64,000 nucleotides of DNA from a candidate division TM6 bacterium GW2011_GWF2_28_16 (GCA_001029715.1 CP011212.1:530173-594172), one strand, 5' to 3'; positions 20,053-29,954 are shown, counted from the stretch's first letter. Made by a program: numbers and translations. The notes: a model not told the origin generated them from the sequence alone.

Positions 20053-21096
20053 TCAAATAACCGCCAACCAAACTCCAAAAATTGTCAGCATAATTTGCAA
20101 GAGCCAAGCTCTCTGAACAATTTTTGGCTCTGCCCAACCTTTTTCTTGGAAGGTTAGATGCAATGGGGCGGCAGGCATAATTTTCTTTTTAAAATATTTT
20201 TTAGAAAATAATTGAATAAAAGTGCTAGCGATTTCTATCACAAAAATTAAGCCAATAATCAGTAGCGCTAAAATTTTTCCAAGTAGTAAGCCAACCACTG
20301 CCAGAGTTGCTCCAAAAGCTAATGAGCCAACATCTCCCATAAAAATTCTGGCTGGAAAAACATTAAAATAAAGAAAGGAAACTAGAGATCCAAGCCAAAG
20401 AGCAAGAAAAACTGAAAGTGGCACATCTAGAATAGTAGAAGATAAAACCCACAATCCAAACAAAGAAAATAAAAGTAAACCAGCAGCTAAACCATCTAGA
20501 CCATCAGTAATGTTAACTGCATTGGCAAAAGCGACAATTACAAAGGCAGCAAAAGGAATATAGAAATAGCCCAATTGAATTGTTCCTACAAAAGGAATGT
20601 GTAAAATAGAAATTTCTAATTGGAAATAAATCATGCAAGCAATAATTATTGCTAGAAGCATTTGCAAAATTAACTTTTGACGCATTCTTAAACCAAAGAA
20701 CTTACTATCATCAAAGCGGAAAAACTTCTTAATATCATCATAAAGACCCAAAATCGCAAAAGATAAGAAAGTGAAAAATAAAACATTAACCTCAGCTTGG
20801 CTATTACGATGAATGCTGGTGACATCAATTCCAAAATAATTGAGGGCTGGAATCATCAAAGCAAAAAGAAGCGAAACCATTATTACCACTAACAATCCAC
20901 CTCCAACTGGTACCCCAGCTTTACTAGCATGAAATTTGTCAAAAATAGGTGTTCTTTCACCAAAAGCATCTAAAGTTTTTTGATCTTGGCGACGAAAACG
21001 TAATTTATAAAGCAAATTAATAAAAGGCACTACAGCAGTGCTGGTTAGTGTAAAAGAAAAAATTAAAATGCCTAAAAAAAGCGCTAGTGATCCCAT
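20053..21096 (-). CDS. mraY: Phospho-MurNAc-pentapeptide transferase
   Basis: PVGGG, GLYDD, NAVNITDGLDGL, IFMGDVGS, APLH. Confidence 0.95.
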   Translation of the reverse strand: MGSLALFLGILIFSFTLTSTAVVPFINLLYKLRFRRQDQKTLDAFGERTPIFDKFHASKAGVPVGGGLLVVIMVSLLFALMIPALNYFGIDVTSIHRNSQAEVNVLFFTFLSFAILGLYDDIKKFFRFDDSKFFGLRMRQKLILQMLLAIIIACMIYFQLEISILHIPFVGTIQLGYFYIPFAAFVIVAFANAVNITDGLDGLAAGLLLFSLFGLWVLSSTILDVPLSVFLALWLGSLVSFLYFNVFPARIFMGDVGSLAFGATLAVVGLLLGKILALLIIGLIFVIEIASTFIQLFSKKYFKKKIMPAAPLHLTFQEKGWAEPKIVQRAWLLQIMLTIFGVWLAVI

Positions 21097-21106
21097 ATGA
21101 TTCTTT

Positions 21107-22435
21107 CTATTCTGTAATTCTTTCTATCTTAGCTCCCATTATAATTAATTTCTCATCTATTTTTTGATAACCGCGCTCAACTTGCTCAATATTATGTAAA
21201 ATAGTTTTATCTTTAGCTCCAATGGCCGCTAATAAAATAGTTGCTCCAGCTCTTAGATCATGAATGGTAAATTCGCCACCTTTAAAATCTGTTGGTCCAT
21301 ATATTTTAATGGCGTGGCGATCACTTTCACTATGATCTTGCCAATTAAAATTATATAGAACCTCTGGATTTTTAACAGTTGGATTAAAATATTCGATCTT
21401 AGCACCCATTGCTTTTAAATCTTCAACATATTGAAAACGGTTTTGCATAACGGTCTCATGAATAATGCTTTCACCATGACATTGACAGAGTAGAGTAGCA
21501 AAAAGAGGTTGCCAATCAGTCATAAAACCAGGATGAATATCTGTTTCTACATCGGCAGCTCTCATCGGACCTTTGTAATAAAAACGAATTCCATAATCGC
21601 CAATTTCATAACCAGCCCCAATTTCATCTAGTTTTTCTAAAAAAGCCTTGAGATCTTTTTGTCTGGCATTTTCTACAACAATATCCCCTCTGCTAGCAAT
21701 CGCGGCACATGCATAACTAACCGCTTCATTTCGATCAGGCATGATTTTATGAATCGCTCCTCCTAATTTCTCTACACCATCAATTTCGATTTTTCTAAAA
21801 GAACGACGACGAATCTTTGCTCCCATTTGGTTGAGAAAAGAAATCAAATCATCTATTTCTGGTTCCTCAGCAGCATTCTCTAAAACTGTTTTTCCCTTGG
21901 CTAAAACTGCCGCCATAATTAAAGTCTCAGTTCCAGTGTGAGTATTTTTCTCAAAACAATAGTTACATCCTCTAAGTTCTTTGCAGCTTGCCCTTAACAT
22001 ACCGTTTTCTTGCTCAAATTTAACTCCCATTAACTCCAAACCATCCATATGTCTCTCTAAAGGGCGTTTGCCAATTTTATCTCCTCCTGGCATTGGCACT
22101 TCAGCCTGACCAAATTTGGCTAAAAGAGCTGGAATAAAAAGAGTAGAAGCGCGTGATTTTTCACCATATTCTTGATTTATTTTTGAAAAACGTAAATTAC
22201 GAGTATCAATAAAAAAAGTGCGCTCACCAGCACGATAAGCCTTAGCACCCAAACCATTGATTATTTCAGCTACCATATCTACATCAGAAATATCTGGTAA
22301 ATTTAAAAGTCGACTCTCCTTACTTCCCAAAAGCGCCGCGATCATCAGTTTATAAGAAGCATTCTTGGCTCCACCAACTCGAACCGAACCATAAAGTGGA
22401 GTACCACCGGTTACGATAAAACTTGCTTTGCTCAT
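21107..22435 (-). CDS. murA: UDP-GlcNAc 1-carboxyvinyltransferase (Asp variant)
   Basis: GAKNA, PGGDKIGKRP, NAAEEPEI, PDRNEA, DLRAGA. Confidence 0.96.
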   Translation of the reverse strand: MSKASFIVTGGTPLYGSVRVGGAKNASYKLMIAALLGSKESRLLNLPDISDVDMVAEIINGLGAKAYRAGERTFFIDTRNLRFSKINQEYGEKSRASTLFIPALLAKFGQAEVPMPGGDKIGKRPLERHMDGLELMGVKFEQENGMLRASCKELRGCNYCFEKNTHTGTETLIMAAVLAKGKTVLENAAEEPEIDDLISFLNQMGAKIRRRSFRKIEIDGVEKLGGAIHKIMPDRNEAVSYACAAIASRGDIVVENARQKDLKAFLEKLDEIGAGYEIGDYGIRFYYKGPMRAADVETDIHPGFMTDWQPLFATLLCQCHGESIIHETVMQNRFQYVEDLKAMGAKIEYFNPTVKNPEVLYNFNWQDHSESDRHAIKIYGPTDFKGGEFTIHDLRAGATILLAAIGAKDKTILHNIEQVERGYQKIDEKLIIMGAKIERITE

Positions 22436-22461
22436 AAAATAATTCCTAATTTAAATTTATA

Positions 22462-22527
22462 ATAAAATTTTTGTGCTTTAAAGAAAGTCTGTCGAACGTA
22501 ACTTGATTTAAAGTGCAAAAATTTTAT
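22462..22527. repeat. Short (internally deleted) copy of palindromic element
   Basis: 22491-22516 matches 50501-50526 at 25/26 nt; flanked by imperfect inverted repeat. Confidence 0.8.
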
Positions 22528-23498
22528 GTTAAATAAAAAACCTCTTCTTTTAGAATAACATTAAATTTTTCTAAAACCACCTTCTTGACTTTTTCAATCA
22601 ATTTTTTGACATCTTCTGCCTTGCCTTCACCAAGGTTAACAAAAAAAGCAGCGTGTTGATCACTTACCTGGATCTCTCCTTCTCTAGCTCCTTTCAATCC
22701 TGCTTGATCAATCAGAAACCCGGCTGGAATAAACTCTGCGTCATTAAATTGCGGAAAAAGTTTTTTTAGCTCATCAGTATTGGCAGGATTTTGGAAAACA
22801 CAGCCACAGCTTGGCATGTGGAGAGGCTGAGTCAGCTCTCTTTTTTCGATTGAAGCTCTAATTCTTTCTTTTATTACATCAGTAGAATCTTTTTTTAACG
22901 CAAAAACAGCGGAGAATATAAGAAGATTTTTGTTTGTTTGAAAAATAGATTTTTCATAGGCAAACTCACATTTTTCACGTGAAAAAGTAATAATTGCTTC
23001 TTTCTCTAAATCAAAAACCTCAACTTCTCTAATATTGTCAGCAATTAAATCCTTTAAATAGTGAGCATTATTATAAATAGCTCCACCAAGAGTGCCAGGA
23101 ACGCCAATAAAACCTTCTAGACCTGCTCCGCCTTTCATTGCCACCTGAGCTACCAAATGAGAAGTTTTAAGACCTACGCCTGCTCTAATGACTAATTCTG
23201 TAGTTGTATCAGAAATAAATTCGAGCTCTTTGAAATCTAGATGCAAAGTTAGGCCTTTTAGACCCTCATCTGCAATTACTACATTACTACCTCCACCAAG
23301 AATAGAAAACTTGATCTTTTGTTTTTTACAAAAAACCAACAAATCTATTGCTTCTTGGCGAGTCTTGGCGCTATAAAAAACTTCTGCCTGACCACCAATT
23401 TTAAAATAACTTTTCGAGGAAAGAGGATAATTAAAAAGAAAATCAAAGGCAGGAAATTGTTGGCTAAAAATTTGCTCTAAATTCATAAGCTTTTTCAT
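22524..23498 (-). CDS. murB: UDP-N-acetylenolpyruvoylglucosamine reductase
   Basis: GGGSN, GLEGFIGVPGTLGGA, PSCGCVFQNP, HAAFFVN. Confidence 0.95.
   Translation of the reverse strand: MKKLMNLEQIFSQQFPAFDFLFNYPLSSKSYFKIGGQAEVFYSAKTRQEAIDLLVFCKKQKIKFSILGGGSNVVIADEGLKGLTLHLDFKELEFISDTTTELVIRAGVGLKTSHLVAQVAMKGGAGLEGFIGVPGTLGGAIYNNAHYLKDLIADNIREVEVFDLEKEAIITFSREKCEFAYEKSIFQTNKNLLIFSAVFALKKDSTDVIKERIRASIEKRELTQPLHMPSCGCVFQNPANTDELKKLFPQFNDAEFIPAGFLIDQAGLKGAREGEIQVSDQHAAFFVNLGEGKAEDVKKLIEKVKKVVLEKFNVILKEEVFYLT
22971..22986. other. parS-like palindrome TTTTTCACGTGAAAAA (inside murB)
   Basis: Perfect 16-bp palindrome, 14/16 match to TGTTTCACGTGAAACA. Confidence 0.4.
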
Positions 23499-23543
23499 TC
23501 TATCACGAGAGGGGCTAATAAAAGCAAGGTTTATAATGCGAGA

Positions 23544-24242
23544 GTGTTAGAAATAAAAAAAGGTTTATATTTAGTTGACAAACCAAGTGGCCCTAGCAGT
23601 CACATGGTGGTTAATTACTTCAGAAAACTAAGTGGTATTAAAAAGATCGGTCATTGTGGCACCCTTGATCCGCTTGCCTCTGGCTTATTGATTCTTTTAG
23701 TAGGTAAAGAATACACAAGAACACAAGATCTTTACTTAAAAAAAGACAAAGAATATTTAGTCAGAGCTCGCCTGGGGATTGGAACCGATACTTATGACCA
23801 AACTGGAAAAATTATCAAAAAAGACAACTGGCAAGAATTAAAAGACATCAAAAAAACTGATCTGCTAAGAATTTTTCCTCAATTTAAAGGCAAAATAGAG
23901 CAAACAGTGCCTATTTTTTCTGCCGTGAAAGTCAAGGGTCAAAAGCTTTATCAAAAAGCCAGAAGGGGAGAAACTGTAGAATTACCCAGTCGCCAAATTG
24001 AAATAAAAAAACTTATCTTAAAAAGTTTTGAAAAGGATTCAAAAAAAGAAGAAGTCTTTTTTGAACTATTAGTCAAATGTTCGAGTGGAACTTATATTCG
24101 CTCACTTATTCACGATCTTGGGAAAAAACTAGCTCTAGGAGCTCACGTGGTTGCACTGCGTCGTAATAAAATCGATAAATTTCACGTGAAAAAAGCAATT
24201 AAAATGGACTGGGATAGTCAGCTTTACCAACTGGGCTTATAG
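23544..24242 (+). CDS. truB: tRNA pseudouridine(55) synthase (short, no PUA domain)
   Basis: DKPSG.SSH, GHCGTLDPLASG, CSSGTYIRSL. Confidence 0.96.
   Translation: MLEIKKGLYLVDKPSGPSSHMVVNYFRKLSGIKKIGHCGTLDPLASGLLILLVGKEYTRTQDLYLKKDKEYLVRARLGIGTDTYDQTGKIIKKDNWQELKDIKKTDLLRIFPQFKGKIEQTVPIFSAVKVKGQKLYQKARRGETVELPSRQIEIKKLILKSFEKDSKKEEVFFELLVKCSSGTYIRSLIHDLGKKLALGAHVVALRRNKIDKFHVKKAIKMDWDSQLYQLGL
24178..24193. other. parS-like site AATTTCACGTGAAAAA (inside truB)
   Basis: 13/16 match to consensus, same TTTCACGTGAAA core as 22971. Confidence 0.35.
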
Positions 24243-24786
24243 AGCTGACTGGCCAATATCTGAAAAAAACTCTACCAACAATCTCATCCTTAGTAATAGC
24301 TCCCCAAGCTCTTGAATCACTTGAATAAGGACGATTGTCTCCAGAAACAAAGAATTCATCTGGTCCTAAGTAAATGCTTTTATTTTTGGTGGCATTACCT
24401 GGCAAAATGGAAAAATCACTAGGAATATAGGGCTCTGGCAATTTGTTTCCATTTATCCAATAAGCGTTTTCTTTGACTTCAATCGTATCTCCTGGTACAC
24501 CAATCACTCTTTTAATAAAGTCACAACCAGTTCCTTCTGGACAATTAGCCTCTGGAGGAGCGTGAAAGACCACGATTTCACCTCTTTGTGGATCTCTCAT
24601 CTTAAAAGTTACTTTATCAGTCAAAACATGCTCACCACTTTGAAAATTCGGCACCATTGACTGTCCATTAACCTGATGAGGCTGTAAGAAGAACAAATAA
24701 ACAACTAAAAAAATAGAAAAAGAAATGGCCATAGTTTCTATCAGATCGAGGAAAGTAGCCCCAACTTTTTCAAAAGTATTTTTCAT
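24199..24786 (-). CDS. lepB: Signal peptidase I
   Basis: GQSMVP (Ser), FIKRVIG (Lys), GDNRPYSSDSR. Confidence 0.96.
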   Translation of the reverse strand: MKNTFEKVGATFLDLIETMAISFSIFLVVYLFFLQPHQVNGQSMVPNFQSGEHVLTDKVTFKMRDPQRGEIVVFHAPPEANCPEGTGCDFIKRVIGVPGDTIEVKENAYWINGNKLPEPYIPSDFSILPGNATKNKSIYLGPDEFFVSGDNRPYSSDSRAWGAITKDEIVGRVFFRYWPVSSISPVGKADYPSPF

Positions 24787-24856
24787 AACGAGCTTTATGT
24801 TACTACTTTGGCAAGGGAGCTTGCAAGCAGTATTGTTTTTAACTTACAATGTAATC

Positions 24857-26080
24857 GTGAATTATCAAAAACATGCTATCGCTGGTTTTTCTTGGCAAAC
24901 TTTGCAAAGGATTCTTACCACTGGTTTAAGTTTTTTGAAAATTTTTATTTTAGCCAGATTACTTGGTCCTGAACAATTCGGTTTGTTTTCCCTAGTAATG
25001 ATCGCCCTTGGCGTCACAGAAAGCATTACTCAGACAGGCGTCAACATTACCATGTTGCAATCCAAACAACCAATTAAATACTTTCTAGACACCGCCTTTG
25101 TTATCGCCATCATCAGAGGTTTTTTAATTGGTTCTTTGATGATTTTAATGGGTTACCTAATGAGCAATTATTACAATGAGCCAAGTTTATTTCCAATGAT
25201 CTCTATCGTTGCCTTAGTACCAATTATTAAAGGCTTTATTAATCCGGCCATTATTAGTTGGCAAAAAAACTTTCAATTTGCCAGAGATAGTTTCTATTCT
25301 TCTTTGAGAGTAACCATTGAGATGCTGGCTCAAATTGTTTTAGCTCTAGCATTACATTCTGTTTGGGCACTTTGTCTTGGAGTTATCGTCGGAGCTCTTT
25401 TTGAAGTAACCCTGTCATTCTTAATGCTTAAAGAGAGACCAGTCTTCCACTATATTAAAAGCAGAGGAGAAGCCATTTTTAAAAACGCCAAATGGTTGAG
25501 TCTTGGCAGCTTGCTTAGCTACTTAAATGACAACATTGATGACTTTCTACTTGGTAAAATTGTTGGCACCTATCAATTGGGCATTTATCATAACGCCTAT
25601 GCTCTCAGTCATAAAACTAACTATGAGCTATCCAAGTCCGCTTACCATGGAGTAATGCCAATTTTTTCTAAGATAGCTCAAGAGAATGAAAGAGTTCGTT
25701 TAAAAAGAGCTTTTTTTAAATCAATGTTCTCTACATTATTAATTGCGTCTCTTATTTCTTTGCCTTTAATTTTATTTCCCAAGCTTTTAGTTGATTTGAT
25801 TCTTGGTGAAAAATGGTTGGAAGCAATTAATATTTTGCCACTTCTAGCTCTTGCTGGCTTAATCCACACTGTAGCCAACATGACTTACGCTCTGATCATT
25901 GCTAAAAAGCAATATTTTTACATGAACCTACATATGATTGCCTCTTTAGTTCTGATGATTTTGGGGATTATTTACCTTGGCAATATTCATGGTTTAGTTG
26001 GAGCAGTTCTTGGCATTGTCTTAGCTAGAGCAGTAGCTCTGCCTATTGCTCTATTAGGAGTAAAGAAGAGTCTAGAATAG
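24857..26080 (+). CDS. Polysaccharide flippase (Wzx/MOP family)
   Basis: ILARLLGPEQFG, about 12 TMs, LGIYHNAY; GTG start inferred. Confidence 0.85.
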   Translation: MNYQKHAIAGFSWQTLQRILTTGLSFLKIFILARLLGPEQFGLFSLVMIALGVTESITQTGVNITMLQSKQPIKYFLDTAFVIAIIRGFLIGSLMILMGYLMSNYYNEPSLFPMISIVALVPIIKGFINPAIISWQKNFQFARDSFYSSLRVTIEMLAQIVLALALHSVWALCLGVIVGALFEVTLSFLMLKERPVFHYIKSRGEAIFKNAKWLSLGSLLSYLNDNIDDFLLGKIVGTYQLGIYHNAYALSHKTNYELSKSAYHGVMPIFSKIAQENERVRLKRAFFKSMFSTLLIASLISLPLILFPKLLVDLILGEKWLEAINILPLLALAGLIHTVANMTYALIIAKKQYFYMNLHMIASLVLMILGIIYLGNIHGLVGAVLGIVLARAVALPIALLGVKKSLE

Positions 26081-26082
26081 TT

Positions 26083-27195
26083 ATGAAATTTTTCTTAATT
26101 AGCTTAGTTTTTTTACTTTCTTTGGGTCAATTACAAAGAATTCAAATTACAAATAACATTGCTTTTTATTTGCATGATTCGCTCATTGTGGCTTTCTTGT
26201 TAAAAGAGCTTTTTACGGCAATCGTGCAAAGAAAAAAAATTATTGAAAAGTTAAAAAAAATAAATATTCTTCAAAAAAAAATATTTTGGGGGTTTTTAGC
26301 TACGGTTTTTTTAGCTTGGGTCTTGGCTATTTTTGAAGGAAGATTCGATTTTAGAGCCATTTTATATTCAATACGCTTAATTACTTATGTTTGCTTTGTT
26401 TTTTTACTGCAAAAAAAATTAAAAGGTAAAAATTGGCTATGGAGGCTAGTTTCTTTTAACATTCTTTTACTAGGATTCTTACAATATTTTTTCTTGCCCG
26501 ATTTGCGTTTTTTAATTTATGAAGGCTACGACGATCATCTTTATAGACTGGTAAGCACAATCCTCGATCCTGCATTTACTGGATTAATTTTTGTCTTTAA
26601 TTTAAATTATTATCTTTGGCAAAAAAAGAAAAATTGGTTTTTTATCATTCCATTTGCAATTGGCTTGCTTTTAACTTACTCCAGATCTTCTTATTTGGCA
26701 TTTTTGCTTAGTAGTTTAATCCTTATGCTTATTAGAAAAGATTTGGGTAAGAGAGCAGTTCTGCTAGTTTTAATTAGCTTTTTTGCTAGCTTGCCATTCT
26801 TACCAAAACAAAGTGGAGGAGATGGAGTAAACCTACTTAGAACTACTTCTGCAGAGGCGAGAATCAGTAATGATCAGATGATTCTACGAAACATGAACAA
26901 AACAGATTGGATATTTGGGCAGGGATTATTTATCCCAAATCAAAACAGGCAAACAGTAGAAAATATTCCTAGCCATTCTCACTTTGCCGACAACTTACTT
27001 GTTTTTCTTTTGAGTAATTTAGGTGTTATTGGAAGTTCACTATTTATTATTTTAGTTTGGCAACTTACGAGATCTAGCAAAAAAGAAAATTTAGCTCTGC
27101 TTGCTAGTCTGATTAGCCACGCTATGTTTAACAATAATTTCACACAAAGTTTTGTGCTTTTAATTTTTCTAGGATTTTCTTTATCAGATGATTAG
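26083..27195 (+). CDS. O-antigen ligase/Wzy_C family membrane protein
   Basis: Multi-TM, LTYSRSSYLA, IFGQG, His in periplasmic loop; follows flippase. Confidence 0.75.
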   Translation: MKFFLISLVFLLSLGQLQRIQITNNIAFYLHDSLIVAFLLKELFTAIVQRKKIIEKLKKINILQKKIFWGFLATVFLAWVLAIFEGRFDFRAILYSIRLITYVCFVFLLQKKLKGKNWLWRLVSFNILLLGFLQYFFLPDLRFLIYEGYDDHLYRLVSTILDPAFTGLIFVFNLNYYLWQKKKNWFFIIPFAIGLLLTYSRSSYLAFLLSSLILMLIRKDLGKRAVLLVLISFFASLPFLPKQSGGDGVNLLRTTSAEARISNDQMILRNMNKTDWIFGQGLFIPNQNRQTVENIPSHSHFADNLLVFLLSNLGVIGSSLFIILVWQLTRSSKKENLALLASLISHAMFNNNFTQSFVLLIFLGFSLSDD

Positions 27196-27956
27196 AGTTG
27201 GAATTCAACTTCGATGCTGCGCTCGGTTTTGTTTTTAGCTTTATCTGTAACTTCAAACTTTAACTCGTTCTTACCTTCGTTAAGGTAGTAATTACTTGAA
27301 AAGTTACCTTCTTTATCAGCCAAAACCAAACGACCATTAATTAAGACTTTTGCTTCTGCTTCAGTCTTGCCTTTAATAGTTAAGGTTCGGTTTTTTTTGA
27401 GTTCAATCTTGGCTCCATCTTTTGGCTCCTCAATTTCTAAGCTTGGAGCCTCGCTGTCACGAGTAATTAGATAAGAGCGAGTCTTGAGAGATTCGTTGCC
27501 CATCTCATCAACACCAAAAATCGATAGTTCATTTTCGCCATCGTTTAAATTTATTTCATATTCAAATTGTCCATCTTCAGCGACGTCTATTTCTGCATTT
27601 TTTTCAGAATTAAGCAAGAAGACGACTTTGCTTTTTGGTTCAGCAAAACCACGTAAATTGAGATTGGCTGAATAAGTTGCCTCAAATGGAATAGTAGATA
27701 AAACTGGAACTTGAGGTGGAACAGTATCTTTTTCTTCAAAAGGAGAATCTTTATCAATAATAGAAAAGAAAATTCTAATTAAACCAGGCACAATTAAAAA
27801 TATAAAAAGCAAAAGAAAAACGATCCCAAAAAAAACAAATAAAAAAGTTTGTTTTTGAATTTTACTTTTTTCTCTTTTGACTAAACGAGAAGAAACAACA
27901 TTTTTTTTACTATTCTTTCTATCATAGATGGAAGAGTAGCGACCTGAATTGAACAT
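27192..27956 (-). CDS. Membrane-anchored protein with two Ig-like domains
   Basis: TM then DTVPP...LNDGEN...DEMGNES and D.EAP.L...LNEGKN...DKAKN repeats. Confidence 0.7.
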   Translation of the reverse strand: MFNSGRYSSIYDRKNSKKNVVSSRLVKREKSKIQKQTFLFVFFGIVFLLLFIFLIVPGLIRIFFSIIDKDSPFEEKDTVPPQVPVLSTIPFEATYSANLNLRGFAEPKSKVVFLLNSEKNAEIDVAEDGQFEYEINLNDGENELSIFGVDEMGNESLKTRSYLITRDSEAPSLEIEEPKDGAKIELKKNRTLTIKGKTEAEAKVLINGRLVLADKEGNFSSNYYLNEGKNELKFEVTDKAKNKTERSIEVEFQL

Positions 27957-27960
27957 AGAC

Positions 27961-29073
27961 TTATATTAACACTCTTTTAACTGATTCGGCTAGATGAACC
28001 AAAAGATCATAAGGAATTGTTTTAGCTTTTAAAGCAGCATTGCTTATAGAGTTTTTATCTGGCTTATTGGAAGAATAGATAATAACTTTTTCACCAATTT
28101 GAGGATCTTTAAGCTTGCTGATATCAATGCTAGTCATATTCATAGAAACTCTACCAACAATTGGGAAATATTGATCTCTTATCTTTACCAAACCCTTATT
28201 GGAAAGGCGTTTATCAACTCCCTCGTAATATCCTGCCGGTAATAAAGCTAAAACTTTATCTGCTCTGGCTTTGAAAGTGCAACCATATCCAACCACCGCA
28301 TCTTTTTTAATTTTTTTAATTTGTACGAGTGTTGAAGAAAATTCCAAAACTGGCTGTAGAGAAATTTTATTTTTATAAGGATCACTTTTAACTAGAGGGC
28401 TAATTCCATAGTGAGCAATTCCTGCTCTAATCATATTGAATGTTTGGTTTTTGACCTTAAAAGCTCCTCCAGAAGCAGAAATATGACGCCACTCTGGAAA
28501 AATTTGCTGCTTATTCATTATCTGGAGAGCTTTTTTATATTGCTTAATTTGTTCTTTTACAAAGTCTTGAGAGTTTGGGTTATCTGCATCAGCAAGATGA
28601 GAGCAAAGACCAGTGATATTTAAGTTTTTTAATTTTTTAAGTTCCATCAGAAAATTTTCTAAGTCTTCAAGATTGACACCTTCACGACTCATACCAGTAT
28701 CAACAAAGACGTGAACCTTACAGCCGCGTTGATATTCATTAAGTATTTTGGCCAATTCAAGGTCAAATATCGCAATGCTAAAGGGGAGACGTTTGAGCTT
28801 AAAATTTTCTGGGTCTGTATAACCCATAATTAGAATTGGAGTCTTAACCCTCATTTTATATAGTTCATAGGCTTCAAATAGGCTGTCCACAATCAGAAAT
28901 TCGCAGTGCATGGAATCAAAAATTGGAGCAAGTTGCTTTAATCCATGTCCATAAGCGTTGCTTTTGAGCACTGGACAAACTTTAGCGTTTTGATGAAAGT
29001 CTTGGAGATTTTTGTGGTTTTGAGTAAGAGCTTCTTTGGAAAGAAGAATCTTATTTAAATTTTGGTATGTCAT
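27961..29073 (-). CDS. alr: Alanine racemase
   Basis: VLKSNAYGHG, VDTGMSREG, SHLADAD, VGYG, GRVSMN. Confidence 0.96.
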   Translation of the reverse strand: MTYQNLNKILLSKEALTQNHKNLQDFHQNAKVCPVLKSNAYGHGLKQLAPIFDSMHCEFLIVDSLFEAYELYKMRVKTPILIMGYTDPENFKLKRLPFSIAIFDLELAKILNEYQRGCKVHVFVDTGMSREGVNLEDLENFLMELKKLKNLNITGLCSHLADADNPNSQDFVKEQIKQYKKALQIMNKQQIFPEWRHISASGGAFKVKNQTFNMIRAGIAHYGISPLVKSDPYKNKISLQPVLEFSSTLVQIKKIKKDAVVGYGCTFKARADKVLALLPAGYYEGVDKRLSNKGLVKIRDQYFPIVGRVSMNMTSIDISKLKDPQIGEKVIIYSSNKPDKNSISNAALKAKTIPYDLLVHLAESVKRVLI

Positions 29074-29078
29074 TTCTG

Positions 29079-29151
29079 AGCCAAAGGTGAGGATCGAACT
29101 CACGACCTACGGTTTACGATACCGTTGCTCTACCAGCTGAGCTACTTTGGC
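29079..29151 (-). tRNA. tRNA-Thr(CGT)
   Basis: Cloverleaf; anticodon arm ACGGT-ATCGTAA-ACCGT; no encoded CCA. Confidence 0.95.
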
Positions 29152-29169
29152 ATTTTTGTTTATCAACTG

Positions 29170-29240
29170 AGCGACCAGAGGGAGTCGGACCCTCACTTCA
29201 AGCTTGGGAAGCTAGCGTTCTACCGCTAAACCATGGTCGC
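29170..29240 (-). tRNA. tRNA-Gly(CCC)
   Basis: Cloverleaf; loop TTCCCAA; U73; T-loop TCCGACT. Confidence 0.93.
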
Positions 29241-29340
29241 TTACTTTAGATGAAATTATAGCATTTAGCTTTCACTAAGTTCATTGAGATAAATCATCTA
29301 ACACGATATAGTATGATTTGAATAAAACGAGAAAGGACTT

Positions 29341-29649
29341 ATGGAAGAATACATGGGTTTGATGTCAACAGATTTATTAGAAAAATCTCCAGCTATAAAA
29401 GACTTAATGGAAAAGTTTGAGAATAAACTTCCAAGTCATTTTGGAAAAGCAAGATTTATTGTAGCTCCACTAAATATAAATCTAGAACATGTCATAAGAG
29501 CTGACTGTCCAGAATGTAAAACCAGAGCCGTTGTTCATGTCGTTAGAAAAGACTATGTTCTCAATATTAAGGAAGTAGACCAGAGTGGGGAAATAAAGAT
29601 ATCTTACGATAGAACTTCAGGGTGTTGCGATAAGTGTAAAAAATTATAG
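29341..29649 (+). CDS. Hypothetical protein with Cys pairs (possible Zn ribbon)
   Basis: CPEC ... CCDKC; SD GAAAGGA upstream. Confidence 0.65.
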   Translation: MEEYMGLMSTDLLEKSPAIKDLMEKFENKLPSHFGKARFIVAPLNINLEHVIRADCPECKTRAVVHVVRKDYVLNIKEVDQSGEIKISYDRTSGCCDKCKKL

Positions 29650-29655
29650 CAAACT

Positions 29656-29871
29656 TTAATGCTGCTTTTCTAACTTACAACTGTTAAAAAAACCAATAGC
29701 CACTACTTTTAAAAATGTAGACATTTTTGCTGGCTCAACAGTGCTTGCAATAAACAATGCTAAATTATTTGCAAAATCCTCATCTGAAACAAAACCTAGC
29801 TCGCCAGCTATTTTGTCTGCATTTGCTACTGTCCAATTGCTCTTATCTCCTAAATCAAGTTGTTCGCTCAT
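29656..29871 (-). CDS. Small hypothetical protein
   Basis: 71 aa; TGcTACAAT box 8 nt upstream of ATG. Confidence 0.55.
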   Translation of the reverse strand: MSEQLDLGDKSNWTVANADKIAGELGFVSDEDFANNLALFIASTVEPAKMSTFLKVVAIGFFNSCKLEKQH

Positions 29872-29954
29872 AATTGATTATTGTAGCATATTAATAGATC
29901 AATCTTAATCATTGACGAATCATTAATAAATTTATAAGATTTAACCCTTATCCT

